Below, piece by piece: positions 6,988-13,463 of a stretch of DNA of 20,000 nt. The DNA is from an uncultured Nitrososphaerales archaeon. Its GTDB lineage: Archaea; Thermoproteota; Nitrososphaeria; Conexivisphaerales; Conexivisphaeraceae. The stretch lies in assembly GCA_964342765.1 (NCBI GenBank), contig CAYFFS010000013.1, forward strand, positions 4,125 to 24,124, written 5' to 3'. How positions within the stretch are numbered: position 1 is the stretch's first letter; each line of letters starts with the position of its first letter. The translations under genes were made by a program, and so were the position numbers. Under the pieces are notes generated by a model. It saw nothing but the letters and a program-made list of their open reading frames with translations. It searched no databases and was not told the DNA's origin.

Positions 6988-7293
6988 GCGCGCCGTGCTG
7001 GCCGTAGCCCTCCTTCTGTTCTAGGCGGGATCGGGCTAAGAGGCCCACCCGGGCCTCGCCGGGGGCGTTCATAGGCCCAGCTCGGCCTTGCTCCGCGCGG
7101 GTCGGCCGTTTCACCCTCCCCGACGCCTCCTCCGGGGTTGCCCCCCATCACCGACATAGCGCGTCGGGGGGTCCCGTTTCTCTTCCGTTGCCGGCGATCT
7201 CTCGCCGCGCCTCGCGGCGCCGCGCCCCCCGCTGGAGGGAGGAGCTTCCCCGGGAGATCCCCGTGGCCCGCCCGCCAGCTCGGCGCGCCGAGA
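6984..7293 (-). ncRNA. rnpB: RNase P RNA (archaeal type A-like, ~305 nt)
   Basis: All elements are read on the minus strand.
- P1: GGCGCGCCGAGCUGGC (7289-7274) pairs with GCCAGCACGGCGCGCC (7002-6987), giving 15 bp and one A.A mismatch.
- P2: GGGCGGG (7273-7267) pairs with CCCGCCU (7029-7023).
- CR-I/P4 5' strand: GGGGAAGCUCCUCCC (7251-7237).
- CR-V/P4 3' strand: ACAGAAGGAGGGCUA (7019-7005). The P4 pairing is AGC(U)CCUCC/GGAGGGCU, which keeps the universal bulged U.
- S-domain motifs: GGGUGAAACGG (7116-7106) and GGAGCAAGGCC (7094-7084).
- CCCGGGUGGGCCUCUUAGCCCG (7053-7032) resembles the E. coli M1 sequence CCCGGGUAGGCUGCUUGAGCC.
The ends are approximate (+/-5 nt). Confidence 0.85.
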
Positions 7294-7314
7294 AGAGCTG
7301 TGGCGCCTTTCCTA

Positions 7315-7324
7315 CAAATACTTT
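7315..7324 (-). promoter_or_regulatory. TATA-like box (minus strand AAAGTATTTG) for RNase P RNA
   Basis: It is centred ~27-30 nt upstream of the first P1 nucleotide (~7290). Confidence 0.45.
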
Positions 7325-7343
7325 CCGCGACATGTCCGATGGC

Positions 7344-7353
7344 AAAGCTTTTA
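7344..7353 (+). promoter_or_regulatory. TATA-like box (AAAGCTTTTA) for the RAM-domain/TiaS unit, divergent from the RNase P promoter
   Basis: It is centred ~30 nt upstream of ATG 7379. Confidence 0.4.
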
Positions 7354-7378
7354 GGCAGACGTCCCCGCTAAGCTAGGG

Positions 7379-7612
7379 ATGGCCAAAGCGTTCGTGCTGA
7401 TAAACACCGAGATGGGGAAGGAGGAGGACGTCCTGAAGCAGCTCAGGCAGATACCCGGCGTTAAGGAGGCATACGCGATCTACGGCGTGTACGACGTGAT
7501 AGCTAAGGTGGAGGCCGACACCCTGGAGGCCGTGAAGGAGACGATAAGCTCCCGCATAAGGAGGATGGACTACGTAAAATCCACGCTCAGCATGATCGTG
7601 GTGGGCGACTAG
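7379..7612 (+). CDS. Stand-alone Lrp/AsnC-type ligand-binding (RAM) domain protein, 77 aa, no HTH
   Basis: AFVLINTEMGKEEDVLKQLRQIPGVKEAYAIYGVYDVIAKVEADTLEAVKETISSRIRRMDYVKSTLSMIVV follows the beta-alpha-beta-beta-alpha-beta RAM/AsnC_trans_reg pattern (..ipgV.e.y.v.G.yD.i.kv...). Confidence 0.8.
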   Translation: MAKAFVLINTEMGKEEDVLKQLRQIPGVKEAYAIYGVYDVIAKVEADTLEAVKETISSRIRRMDYVKSTLSMIVVGD

Positions 7613-7618
7613 GCAGGC

Positions 7619-8941
7619 TTGCCGGTGGCTCACATAGGGATAGACGACACCGACTCCAACGAGCTCGGCATGTGCACGACTTACATAGGGGCAGTCCTAG
7701 ACGAGAGGCTCAGGGCCCTAGGGTTCGCGAGCGCCGGGGAGCCTAGGCTGGTCAGGCTGAACCCCGCCAACCCCACGAAGACCAGGGGGAACGGCGCCGT
7801 TCACCTGAGGTACCACGTTCGCGGGAGGGAGGAGCTGCCGATGATCCTGAAGGAGGCCGAGGACGTCGTAGCGCGCCTGGCCGCGCTCGGGGATCCAAAG
7901 GCGGATCCCGGCATCGTAGCGATACAGTCGGACGGAAGGCCCCCGGAGGCCCTCTCGGGCTTCTACTGGTCCGCGCTGAGGGGGATAGTTAGCATCGGGC
8001 AGGCGCTCGACCTGATAGTCAGGCTGGGCGGGGTGGCCAGCTGGTTCAAGGAGGGGCGCGGCGTCATAGGGGCGCTCGCCGCGATTGGGGCGCCGGAGGA
8101 GGAGACCAGGATGTACGAGCTGCTGGCATATCGCCCGCCGATCCCGCTGAAGGGCCCGCGCGCCGTGGACGAGGAATCGGTTCGCCTGGCGGACCTGGAG
8201 ACCTGGCCTCTCACGTACGATAACTACGATTGGTACTACATGGAGGCGCTCGTGGCCCCCCACGGGCCCGATCCCGTGCTCCTTGGGATAAGGGGTCCTG
8301 ACAGGTCGTCCCTGTTCAGGGCCTACGACCTCATAAGGGTCGAGGATCGCGTGGAGAGGGTAGCGCTCTACAGAACCAACCACGGCTCGGGATCCCACGT
8401 GGTGGACGTGGGCGGGGTGAGGGACCTGAGGCCCTACACAACCGTCAGGCTCGAGGGGCGCGTAAGCGCCAGGCCGTGGGTTGGCCCTGGATCCCACGCT
8501 TTCTTCGAGCTGGAGGATGCCTACGGCGACCGGATAAGGGTGGCAGCATATGAGCCTACGAAGCACTTCAGGCGCATAGTGCTCTCCCTTGAGCCCGGGG
8601 ATCGCGTGAGGGTCGTTGGATCCTATCGCCCTCGCCCGCCCGAGCCGCCAACGATAAACCTGGAGTCGATGGAGGTCCTGGACCTGGTCAGCGTTTACCG
8701 CAGGGCAGCCCCCACGTGTCCAAGGTGCGGCCACCGCATGGAGAGCGCCGGCCTTGGAAAGGGCTACAGGTGTCCGGCCTGCGGCTACGCTGACGCCGGC
8801 CTAGAACCCACCCGCGTCCGCGTCCCCAGGAGGCTCGTGCGCGGCCAGTTCACGCCCCCTCCGAGGGCGCACAGGCACCTGACGCGCCCGCCCGAGGCCT
8901 ACCTATGGGAGAGGAGGCCGGCCTGTGGCGTGGAGGATTAG
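7619..8941 (+). CDS. tiaS: tRNA(Ile2) 2-agmatinylcytidine synthetase TiaS
   Basis: The translation is collinear with my memory of A. fulgidus TiaS. Shared motifs are HIGIDDTDS..GMCTTY, RLNPANPTKTRGNGAV, GRGVIGALAAIGA, LLGIRGP, TNHGSG, AAYEPTKHFR, INLES, the zinc ribbon CPRCGHRMESAGLGKGYRCPACG, and PPRAHRHLTRP. The start is either TTG 7619 or GVG 7625, 7-13 nt after the previous stop. Confidence 0.9.
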   Translation: MPVAHIGIDDTDSNELGMCTTYIGAVLDERLRALGFASAGEPRLVRLNPANPTKTRGNGAVHLRYHVRGREELPMILKEAEDVVARLAALGDPKADPGIVAIQSDGRPPEALSGFYWSALRGIVSIGQALDLIVRLGGVASWFKEGRGVIGALAAIGAPEEETRMYELLAYRPPIPLKGPRAVDEESVRLADLETWPLTYDNYDWYYMEALVAPHGPDPVLLGIRGPDRSSLFRAYDLIRVEDRVERVALYRTNHGSGSHVVDVGGVRDLRPYTTVRLEGRVSARPWVGPGSHAFFELEDAYGDRIRVAAYEPTKHFRRIVLSLEPGDRVRVVGSYRPRPPEPPTINLESMEVLDLVSVYRRAAPTCPRCGHRMESAGLGKGYRCPACGYADAGLEPTRVRVPRRLVRGQFTPPPRAHRHLTRPPEAYLWERRPACGVED

Positions 8942-9114
8942 CGAGAGGGCGCCGGCACCGCCGCTTCGCGAGGGCTCGCGCACCTCACTAACACGGCGGC
9001 GGCGACGGGTTTCACTTCCGGGATCGGGCGAGACCGGGTGGGTCCCCGTCGCTATGGCCGGCTGGCCATTCCCCTTCATCGGGACAATAAATCCTTTTCT
9101 GCTCGATGAGGAAT

Positions 9115-10374
9115 TTACTTTATCACTGATTTAACTATTTCTAAAAATTCTTCATCCGTTATGTTCGACTTCTTCTCCTCCGCGCGGGCCTTCACCTTCT
9201 CCAGTATCTCCTTCATCTGCTCCTTGGTGGCGCTAATCCCCAGCTCGCCGAGCTTCCACTCTATCGTGTGCAGGCCGGACTTCTTCCCGAGGAGGACCCC
9301 GTGCCTGTTGCCCACCATCTCGGGCAGGTACGCCTCGGATCCAAGGTGGTACTTCAGCCATCCAGCTATGGAGATTCCAGCCTCCCTCGTGAACACCCTG
9401 TCCCCGACCACGGGCTTGTTCTGGGCCAGCCTCATGCCGCTGTAGCGCTGCACGAGGTCGGAGAGCTCCTTCAGCTTCTCGAACCTCACTTTGACGTTGA
9501 CGCCGTAGAGGAGCCTGAGGGCCAGCGCCACCTCCTCGAAGCTGGCGTTCCCGGCCCTCTCGCCGAGCCCGTTGACCGATGTGTGGACGACCGAGGCGCC
9601 GTTGGCGAGGCCCGCGATGGCCGTAGCGACGGCGAGCCCGAAGTCGTTATGGGTGTGGACCTCCACGGTCTGCGGCACGGAGCGCTTAACGATCGACACG
9701 AACTTTCCATATGCCTCCGGCGACGTGCAGCCGAAGGTGTCGGCTAAGACTATTGAGTCGTAGTGCGCCGCGGCGTCGACCTCCCTGAACAGCCTGATCA
9801 GGAACTCAGGGTCGGCCCTCGTCGAGTCTACGCCGAAGAGCGCCACCCATAGCCCATGGGCCTTGGCGTAGCTGACCACGTCTATGGATTTCTCTATCAC
9901 CTGCTCGTACGTCCATTCGAACTGCTTCAACTTTGGGATCCCAACGGGCGCCTCAGTTATCACGCCGGAGACGTCCGCCCTGAGCGCCGCGTCGACGTCC
10001 TCCCTCAGCATCCTCGAGAAGGCTATCACCTTGGCCTTCAGCCCCAGGTGGGCTATCTCGCGCACCGCCTCGAAGTCCTCCCTGGACACGACCGGCATGC
10101 CCGCCTCTATCCTCTGCACGCCGACCTCGTCCAGCATCCTCGCTATCTCCACCTTCTCGTTCTTCCTGAAGACCACCCCTGGCGTCTGCTCGCCGTCCCT
10201 CAAGGTGACGTCGTGGAAGACGACCTCCTCGGGGAAGTGCAGGCGGGACAGCACCTCGCGGTCGTAGTTGAAGTGGCTCACCCAGAACTTATCGGAGACC
10301 CATCTTCCCTTCTCGAACGACTCCCCGTCCAGGTCAAACCCGTCCGTGCGCACGGCCCCTCGGCTCACGCCCAA
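9115..10374 (-). CDS. HMGL-like (DRE-TIM) Claisen-condensing enzyme of the 2-isopropylmalate/homocitrate/citramalate synthase family
   Basis: - Motifs: VFHDVTLRDGEQTPGVVF, VEVHTHNDFGLAVATAIAGLANGASVVHTSVNGLGERAGNASFEEVALAL.
- There is no LeuA-type C-terminal regulatory domain.
- There is an unusual ~55-aa N-terminal extension.
- The start is uncertain: TTG 10374, GTG 10368 or GTG 10353.
- It lies 27 nt downstream of the thioesterase stop, so the two genes are probably co-transcribed. Confidence 0.8.
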   Translation of the reverse strand: MGVSRGAVRTDGFDLDGESFEKGRWVSDKFWVSHFNYDREVLSRLHFPEEVVFHDVTLRDGEQTPGVVFRKNEKVEIARMLDEVGVQRIEAGMPVVSREDFEAVREIAHLGLKAKVIAFSRMLREDVDAALRADVSGVITEAPVGIPKLKQFEWTYEQVIEKSIDVVSYAKAHGLWVALFGVDSTRADPEFLIRLFREVDAAAHYDSIVLADTFGCTSPEAYGKFVSIVKRSVPQTVEVHTHNDFGLAVATAIAGLANGASVVHTSVNGLGERAGNASFEEVALALRLLYGVNVKVRFEKLKELSDLVQRYSGMRLAQNKPVVGDRVFTREAGISIAGWLKYHLGSEAYLPEMVGNRHGVLLGKKSGLHTIEWKLGELGISATKEQMKEILEKVKARAEEKKSNITDEEFLEIVKSVIK

Positions 10375-10401
10375 AAGATAACCATTTTTGTCCTTGGCGC
10401 G

Positions 10402-10878
10402 CTACCTGAATATGAACCACGTGCCGAGTGCGCGTGCGCACACGTTGCCCTCCGAGTCCAGGACCTCCCCCTCCACCACGGCCGTGTGAGCCCCTAGGTG
10501 CACAACCCTTCCGATTACCCTGAAGGGGGACTTCAGGAGGGGCCTGATGAAGTTCACCTTGAGCTCCAGGGTTGACTGGTCGCTGCTGGTGTTGACGCTC
10601 ATCACCGCGAGGCCGCACGTCGTGTCGAGGGCGGTCATTATGACGCCGCCGTGCACATGCGGCCTTCCGCGCCTTCCCGAGGCCATGTGGCTGAAGGGGA
10701 ACTCGAGCTCGGCGCGCCCATCCCCCACCTCGATGACCTTGAAGCCCAGCGCGCCGTAGATCCCCGTCTCCTCGGAGAAGTACCTGTTCACCTCCTCGGC
10801 CACGTTCTTCCCCTCCGATCTCCAGCGCTCGAAGAGCTGCCTGAATCCGCCGGCGGCCCTCACCTCGTCGTCGAACAT
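10402..10878 (-). CDS. PaaI/YbdB-type hot-dog fold thioesterase
   Basis: GRAELEFPFSHMASGRRGRPHVHGGVIMTALDTTCGLAVMSV...STLELKVNFIRPL...VVHLGAHTAVVEGEVLDSEGNVCARALGTWF shows the HGG...lD.. pattern and the central-helix/long-sheet order of the PaaI family. Confidence 0.85.
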   Translation of the reverse strand: MFDDEVRAAGGFRQLFERWRSEGKNVAEEVNRYFSEETGIYGALGFKVIEVGDGRAELEFPFSHMASGRRGRPHVHGGVIMTALDTTCGLAVMSVNTSSDQSTLELKVNFIRPLLKSPFRVIGRVVHLGAHTAVVEGEVLDSEGNVCARALGTWFIFR

Positions 10879-10900
10879 TGCGGCGCGATGTCCGTGAGCT

Positions 10901-10908
10901 GAAATAAG
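10901..10908 (-). promoter_or_regulatory. TATA-like box (minus strand CTTATTTC) for the PaaI thioesterase/synthase unit
   Basis: It is centred 27 nt upstream of ATG 10878. Confidence 0.4.
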
Positions 10909-10939
10909 GGTTTACGGCTGGCCTCGACCTGCCGGCGGC

Positions 10940-10947
10940 AAACGTTA
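10940..10947 (+). promoter_or_regulatory. Promoter element AAACGTTA upstream of the MaoC-like gene
   Basis: The motif begins 35 nt upstream of ATG 10975. An identical 8-mer sits at identical spacing before the FAH gene. Confidence 0.4.
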
Positions 10948-10974
10948 TCTAGGGGGCTTGGGGCATCAGCTCCA

Positions 10975-11430
10975 ATGTTCTTCGAGGACTTCGAGCTTGG
11001 GCGCGAGTACGTGACGTATGGCAGGACCTTGACGGAGGCCGACGTCGTAATATTCGCCTCGATGACCGGCGCCGTAAACCCCCTCTTCCTCGACGAGGAA
11101 TACGCCAAGAGGACGAGGTTCGGGGGCCGGATAGCGCCCGGCCTCCTGACTTTGAGCGTCGTGCTGGGGCTAATCTATCAGCTCCCCCAGGGGTTCTTCA
11201 CCGAGGGATTCGTGGCGCTTTTGGAGGCGCGCGGCTCCTTCCTGGCCCCCGTTAAGGCCGGCGACACGCTCTCTGCGCGCGTCAGGGTCTCGGAGAAGAA
11301 GGAGGTGAGCGGCGGAAGGGGCATAGTGGTCCTGTCATATCAGGCGTTCAACCAGGGCGGGCAAAAGGTCTCGGAGGGCGAGTTCCGCATAATGGTCTCC
11401 AGGCGCCAGACAGGGGCCTCCACATCTTAG
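10975..11430 (+). CDS. MaoC-like hot-dog fold protein (R-hydratase family) with a degenerate hydratase-2 motif
   Basis: TLTEADVVIFASMTGAVNPLFLDEEYAKRTRFGGRIAPGLLTLS aligns to the MaoC core. The motif [YF]-x-[LVIG]-[STGC]-G-D-x-N-P-[LIV]-H reads F-A-S-M-T-G-A-V-N-P-L-F here. Confidence 0.8.
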   Translation: MFFEDFELGREYVTYGRTLTEADVVIFASMTGAVNPLFLDEEYAKRTRFGGRIAPGLLTLSVVLGLIYQLPQGFFTEGFVALLEARGSFLAPVKAGDTLSARVRVSEKKEVSGGRGIVVLSYQAFNQGGQKVSEGEFRIMVSRRQTGASTS

Positions 11431-11451
11431 GCGGGCGCTTCACCACCTGAA

Positions 11452-11459
11452 AAACGTTA
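11452..11459 (+). promoter_or_regulatory. Promoter element AAACGTTA upstream of the FAH-family gene
   Basis: The motif begins 35 nt upstream of ATG 11487, within gaaAAACGTTAAAAcc. Confidence 0.4.
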
Positions 11460-11486
11460 AAACCCTCAGCCGTCTGCTTCAACGCA

Positions 11487-12509
11487 ATGAAGCTGGTCAC
11501 CTACCGCAATCCGTACACGATGGAGGACAGGTCCGGCATCCTCTATGGGGATTACGTGATAGACCTGAACTCGACCTACGCCGCCATACTCTACAGGGAG
11601 GGGATAACGGAGGGCGCCTACAGGATCGCGGACGGCCTGCTCCCAACTAGCCTGCTAGAGGTCCTGAGGGGCGGCGGGCGCTCCCTGAACGCCGCCCAGG
11701 AGGTGCTGACCTTCGCGAAGGAACAGATAGACAAGGGAAAGACGATAGAGGGCCCGCGCGGGGAGAAGGCGTCCTTCCGCCTGAGCGAGGTGAAGCTGAG
11801 GGCCCCCCTGAGGCCTGGCAAGATAATACACACGGCCGGCAACTTCAGGGAGCACGCGCGGGAGGCCGAGAAGGCGGGCTGGGAGTTCCCCATACCTCAG
11901 TGGATATCATTCCTCAAGAACCCCGACGCGGTGGTGGGCCCCGACGAGCCCGTCATCTACCCCAGCTACACCAAGGAGCTCGACTACGAGCTGGAGATGG
12001 GCATAATAATAGGCAAGAAGTGCAAGGAGGTTACGCCGGAGGAGGCGGTCGACTGCATAGCTGGCTATACCGTCTTCAACGACATAACGGCGAGGGACAT
12101 CCAGAGGATAGAGATGAAGAATGGCCTATTGAACCTAGGCAAGAACATGGACACCTTCGCAATACTAGGGCCCTGCATAGCCCTGAAGGACGAGATCCCG
12201 GATCCCCACAACCTCAGGATGGAGCTCAGGGTGAACGGCGAGCCGAGGCAGCAGTCAGGGACCTGGAACCTGTCGGTGAAGGTGCCCGAGATAGTCTCGC
12301 GCTACTCCGTGATAACCCTGTACCCGGGCGACATGATCTCGACCGGCACGGTATCCGGAGTCGCCGCCTTCAGGGAGGATCCCTTCAAGTACTACCTGAA
12401 ACCGGGCGACGTCATAGAGTCGGAGATAGAGAGGATAGGGGTCGTCAGGAATCCGGTCGTGGCGGGCCCGCCCGGGAGAATTAAGCCGCCCATAAGCGAG
12501 TCTAAGTGA
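11487..12509 (+). CDS. Fumarylacetoacetate hydrolase (FAH) family protein with N-terminal extension domain
   Basis: KIIHTAGNFREHA, ELDYELEMGIIIGKKCKEVTPEEAVDCIAGYTVFNDITARDIQ (the metal-binding E..E..D pattern) and MISTGTVSGV are typical of the FAH fold. Confidence 0.85.
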   Translation: MKLVTYRNPYTMEDRSGILYGDYVIDLNSTYAAILYREGITEGAYRIADGLLPTSLLEVLRGGGRSLNAAQEVLTFAKEQIDKGKTIEGPRGEKASFRLSEVKLRAPLRPGKIIHTAGNFREHAREAEKAGWEFPIPQWISFLKNPDAVVGPDEPVIYPSYTKELDYELEMGIIIGKKCKEVTPEEAVDCIAGYTVFNDITARDIQRIEMKNGLLNLGKNMDTFAILGPCIALKDEIPDPHNLRMELRVNGEPRQQSGTWNLSVKVPEIVSRYSVITLYPGDMISTGTVSGVAAFREDPFKYYLKPGDVIESEIERIGVVRNPVVAGPPGRIKPPISESK

Positions 12510-12618
12510 ATTCTGTCCAATATAACCATAAAATTTTCAAAATAGTTCTAAAACAACTGCCTTTTTGGCGCCATACTTCAGTTCCTTGCGCCGCAATGCG
12601 CCCATTATCTTTGAACTC

Positions 12619-12628
12619 TTATATAATT
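12619..12628 (+). promoter_or_regulatory. TATA box (cTTATATAATTcc) for the cyclase-family gene
   Basis: It is centred ~25 nt upstream of ATG 12648, in the only strongly AT-rich intergenic region of the window. Confidence 0.5.
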
Positions 12629-12647
12629 CCAAGGCGCAACTTGCACG

Positions 12648-13463
12648 ATGAGCGTCCTTGAGGATTTCCTTAGGCTGGCCTCCCAGATGAAGATCTACGA
12701 CCTGAGCCAGTACTACTTCAACGGCATGCCGGTGCACCCGGAGGATCCTCCATTCCATATGTGGATCTATAGATATCACGAGAACACCATCAAGATGTTC
12801 GAGAAGGTGGTGCCGGGCCTCGGCTTCGCTGACTCCATGGAGATAGTCATAACCAGCATGCACGCGGGGACCCACTTCGACTCCTTCTGCCACATGTCTA
12901 GGAACGGCCTGCTGAAGGACGGCGTGCGGGCGGCCGACATAGAGAGGTTCGACGGCTACACGAAGTACGGCGTGGACGAGGCGCCCATATTCGCCAGGAG
13001 GGGGGTGCTAATCGACGTGCCCGCTTCCAAGGGGCTGGACATATTGCCCGAGCGCTACGCAATAACCCCGGAGGACCTGGAGAACGCCCTCAAGTGGGAG
13101 GGCGTGAGCGTGGAAAGGGGGGACGTGGTGCTCATAAGGACGGGCTACTCCAGGTTCTTCCAGAGCGACCCGGACGCTTACATGCACAAGTTCGCCGGCA
13201 TGTCGCCCGAGGCCACGCGCTGGATAGCGTCGAAGGGGCCCAGCCTCGTCGGCATAGATAACCTGGCCTTCGGCGTGCCCAAGCCGTTCGAGCAGCACCT
13301 GATATTGCTGGTCGACAACGGGATCTATCTGATGAAGAGCCTTTACCTGGAGGAGCTGGCGAAGGATCGGCAGTACCAGTCCTTCGTCGTCGTGGCGCCG
13401 CTGAAGATCAAGGGCGCCACCGGCAGCCTCATCAGGCCATTCGCGCTCGCGCCCCGCAGGTAA
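12648..13463 (+). CDS. Cyclase-family protein (kynurenine/aryl formamidase-like metal hydrolase)
   Basis: The HxGTHxDxxxH signature is present as MHAGTHFDSFCHM. The size (~270 aa) and IDNLAFG fit the putative cyclase family. Confidence 0.8.
   Translation: MSVLEDFLRLASQMKIYDLSQYYFNGMPVHPEDPPFHMWIYRYHENTIKMFEKVVPGLGFADSMEIVITSMHAGTHFDSFCHMSRNGLLKDGVRAADIERFDGYTKYGVDEAPIFARRGVLIDVPASKGLDILPERYAITPEDLENALKWEGVSVERGDVVLIRTGYSRFFQSDPDAYMHKFAGMSPEATRWIASKGPSLVGIDNLAFGVPKPFEQHLILLVDNGIYLMKSLYLEELAKDRQYQSFVVVAPLKIKGATGSLIRPFALAPRR

Noticed and set aside
5254-7157. Long minus-strand ORFs 5254..6243 (329 aa) and 5805..7157 (450 aa)
   Set aside because: They are antisense to the well-supported ACT and UPF0210 genes. 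Their composition is Arg/Pro/Gly/His/Ser-rich with no recognisable domain, as expected for stop-poor antisense frames in GC-rich DNA. The 3' part of 5805..7157 also overlaps the RNase P RNA.
7138-7376. Short ORFs in the 6988..7378 spacer (7138..7371, 7188..7376, 7148..7345, 6827..7114)
   Set aside because: They are Arg/Pro/Ala-rich junk translations of the RNase P RNA gene and its promoter region.
1773-8941. Clustering of tRNA-related functions (tRNA-Tyr, RNase P RNA, TiaS) as a functional unit
   Set aside because: They are separated by unrelated genes, lie on different strands and have independent promoters. This is most simply coincidence in a compact genome.
7108-9015. Bacterial parS-like half sites (GTTTCAC at 7108-7114 and 9009-9015)
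   Set aside because: Neither is part of a palindrome. The first is simply the complement of the RNase P GUGAAAC motif. No TGTTTCACGTGAAACA-like site was seen by eye, though I could not scan the coding regions exhaustively.
9100-9135. Possible C/D-box sRNA (cGATGAgg ... caCTGAtt)
   Set aside because: The C-box is imperfect, with 5 of 7 positions of RUGAUGA. The whole candidate is only ~30 nt with no C'/D' boxes, and the D-box lies inside the 3' end of the minus-strand CDS.
12537-12605. 22-aa basic mini-ORF (MGALRRKELKYGAKKAVVLELF) on the minus strand of the AT-rich spacer, downstream of the palindromic TATA
   Set aside because: Its ATG is only ~18 nt from the TATA centre, so a TSS at the usual ~27 nt would fall inside the ORF. 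There is no other support.
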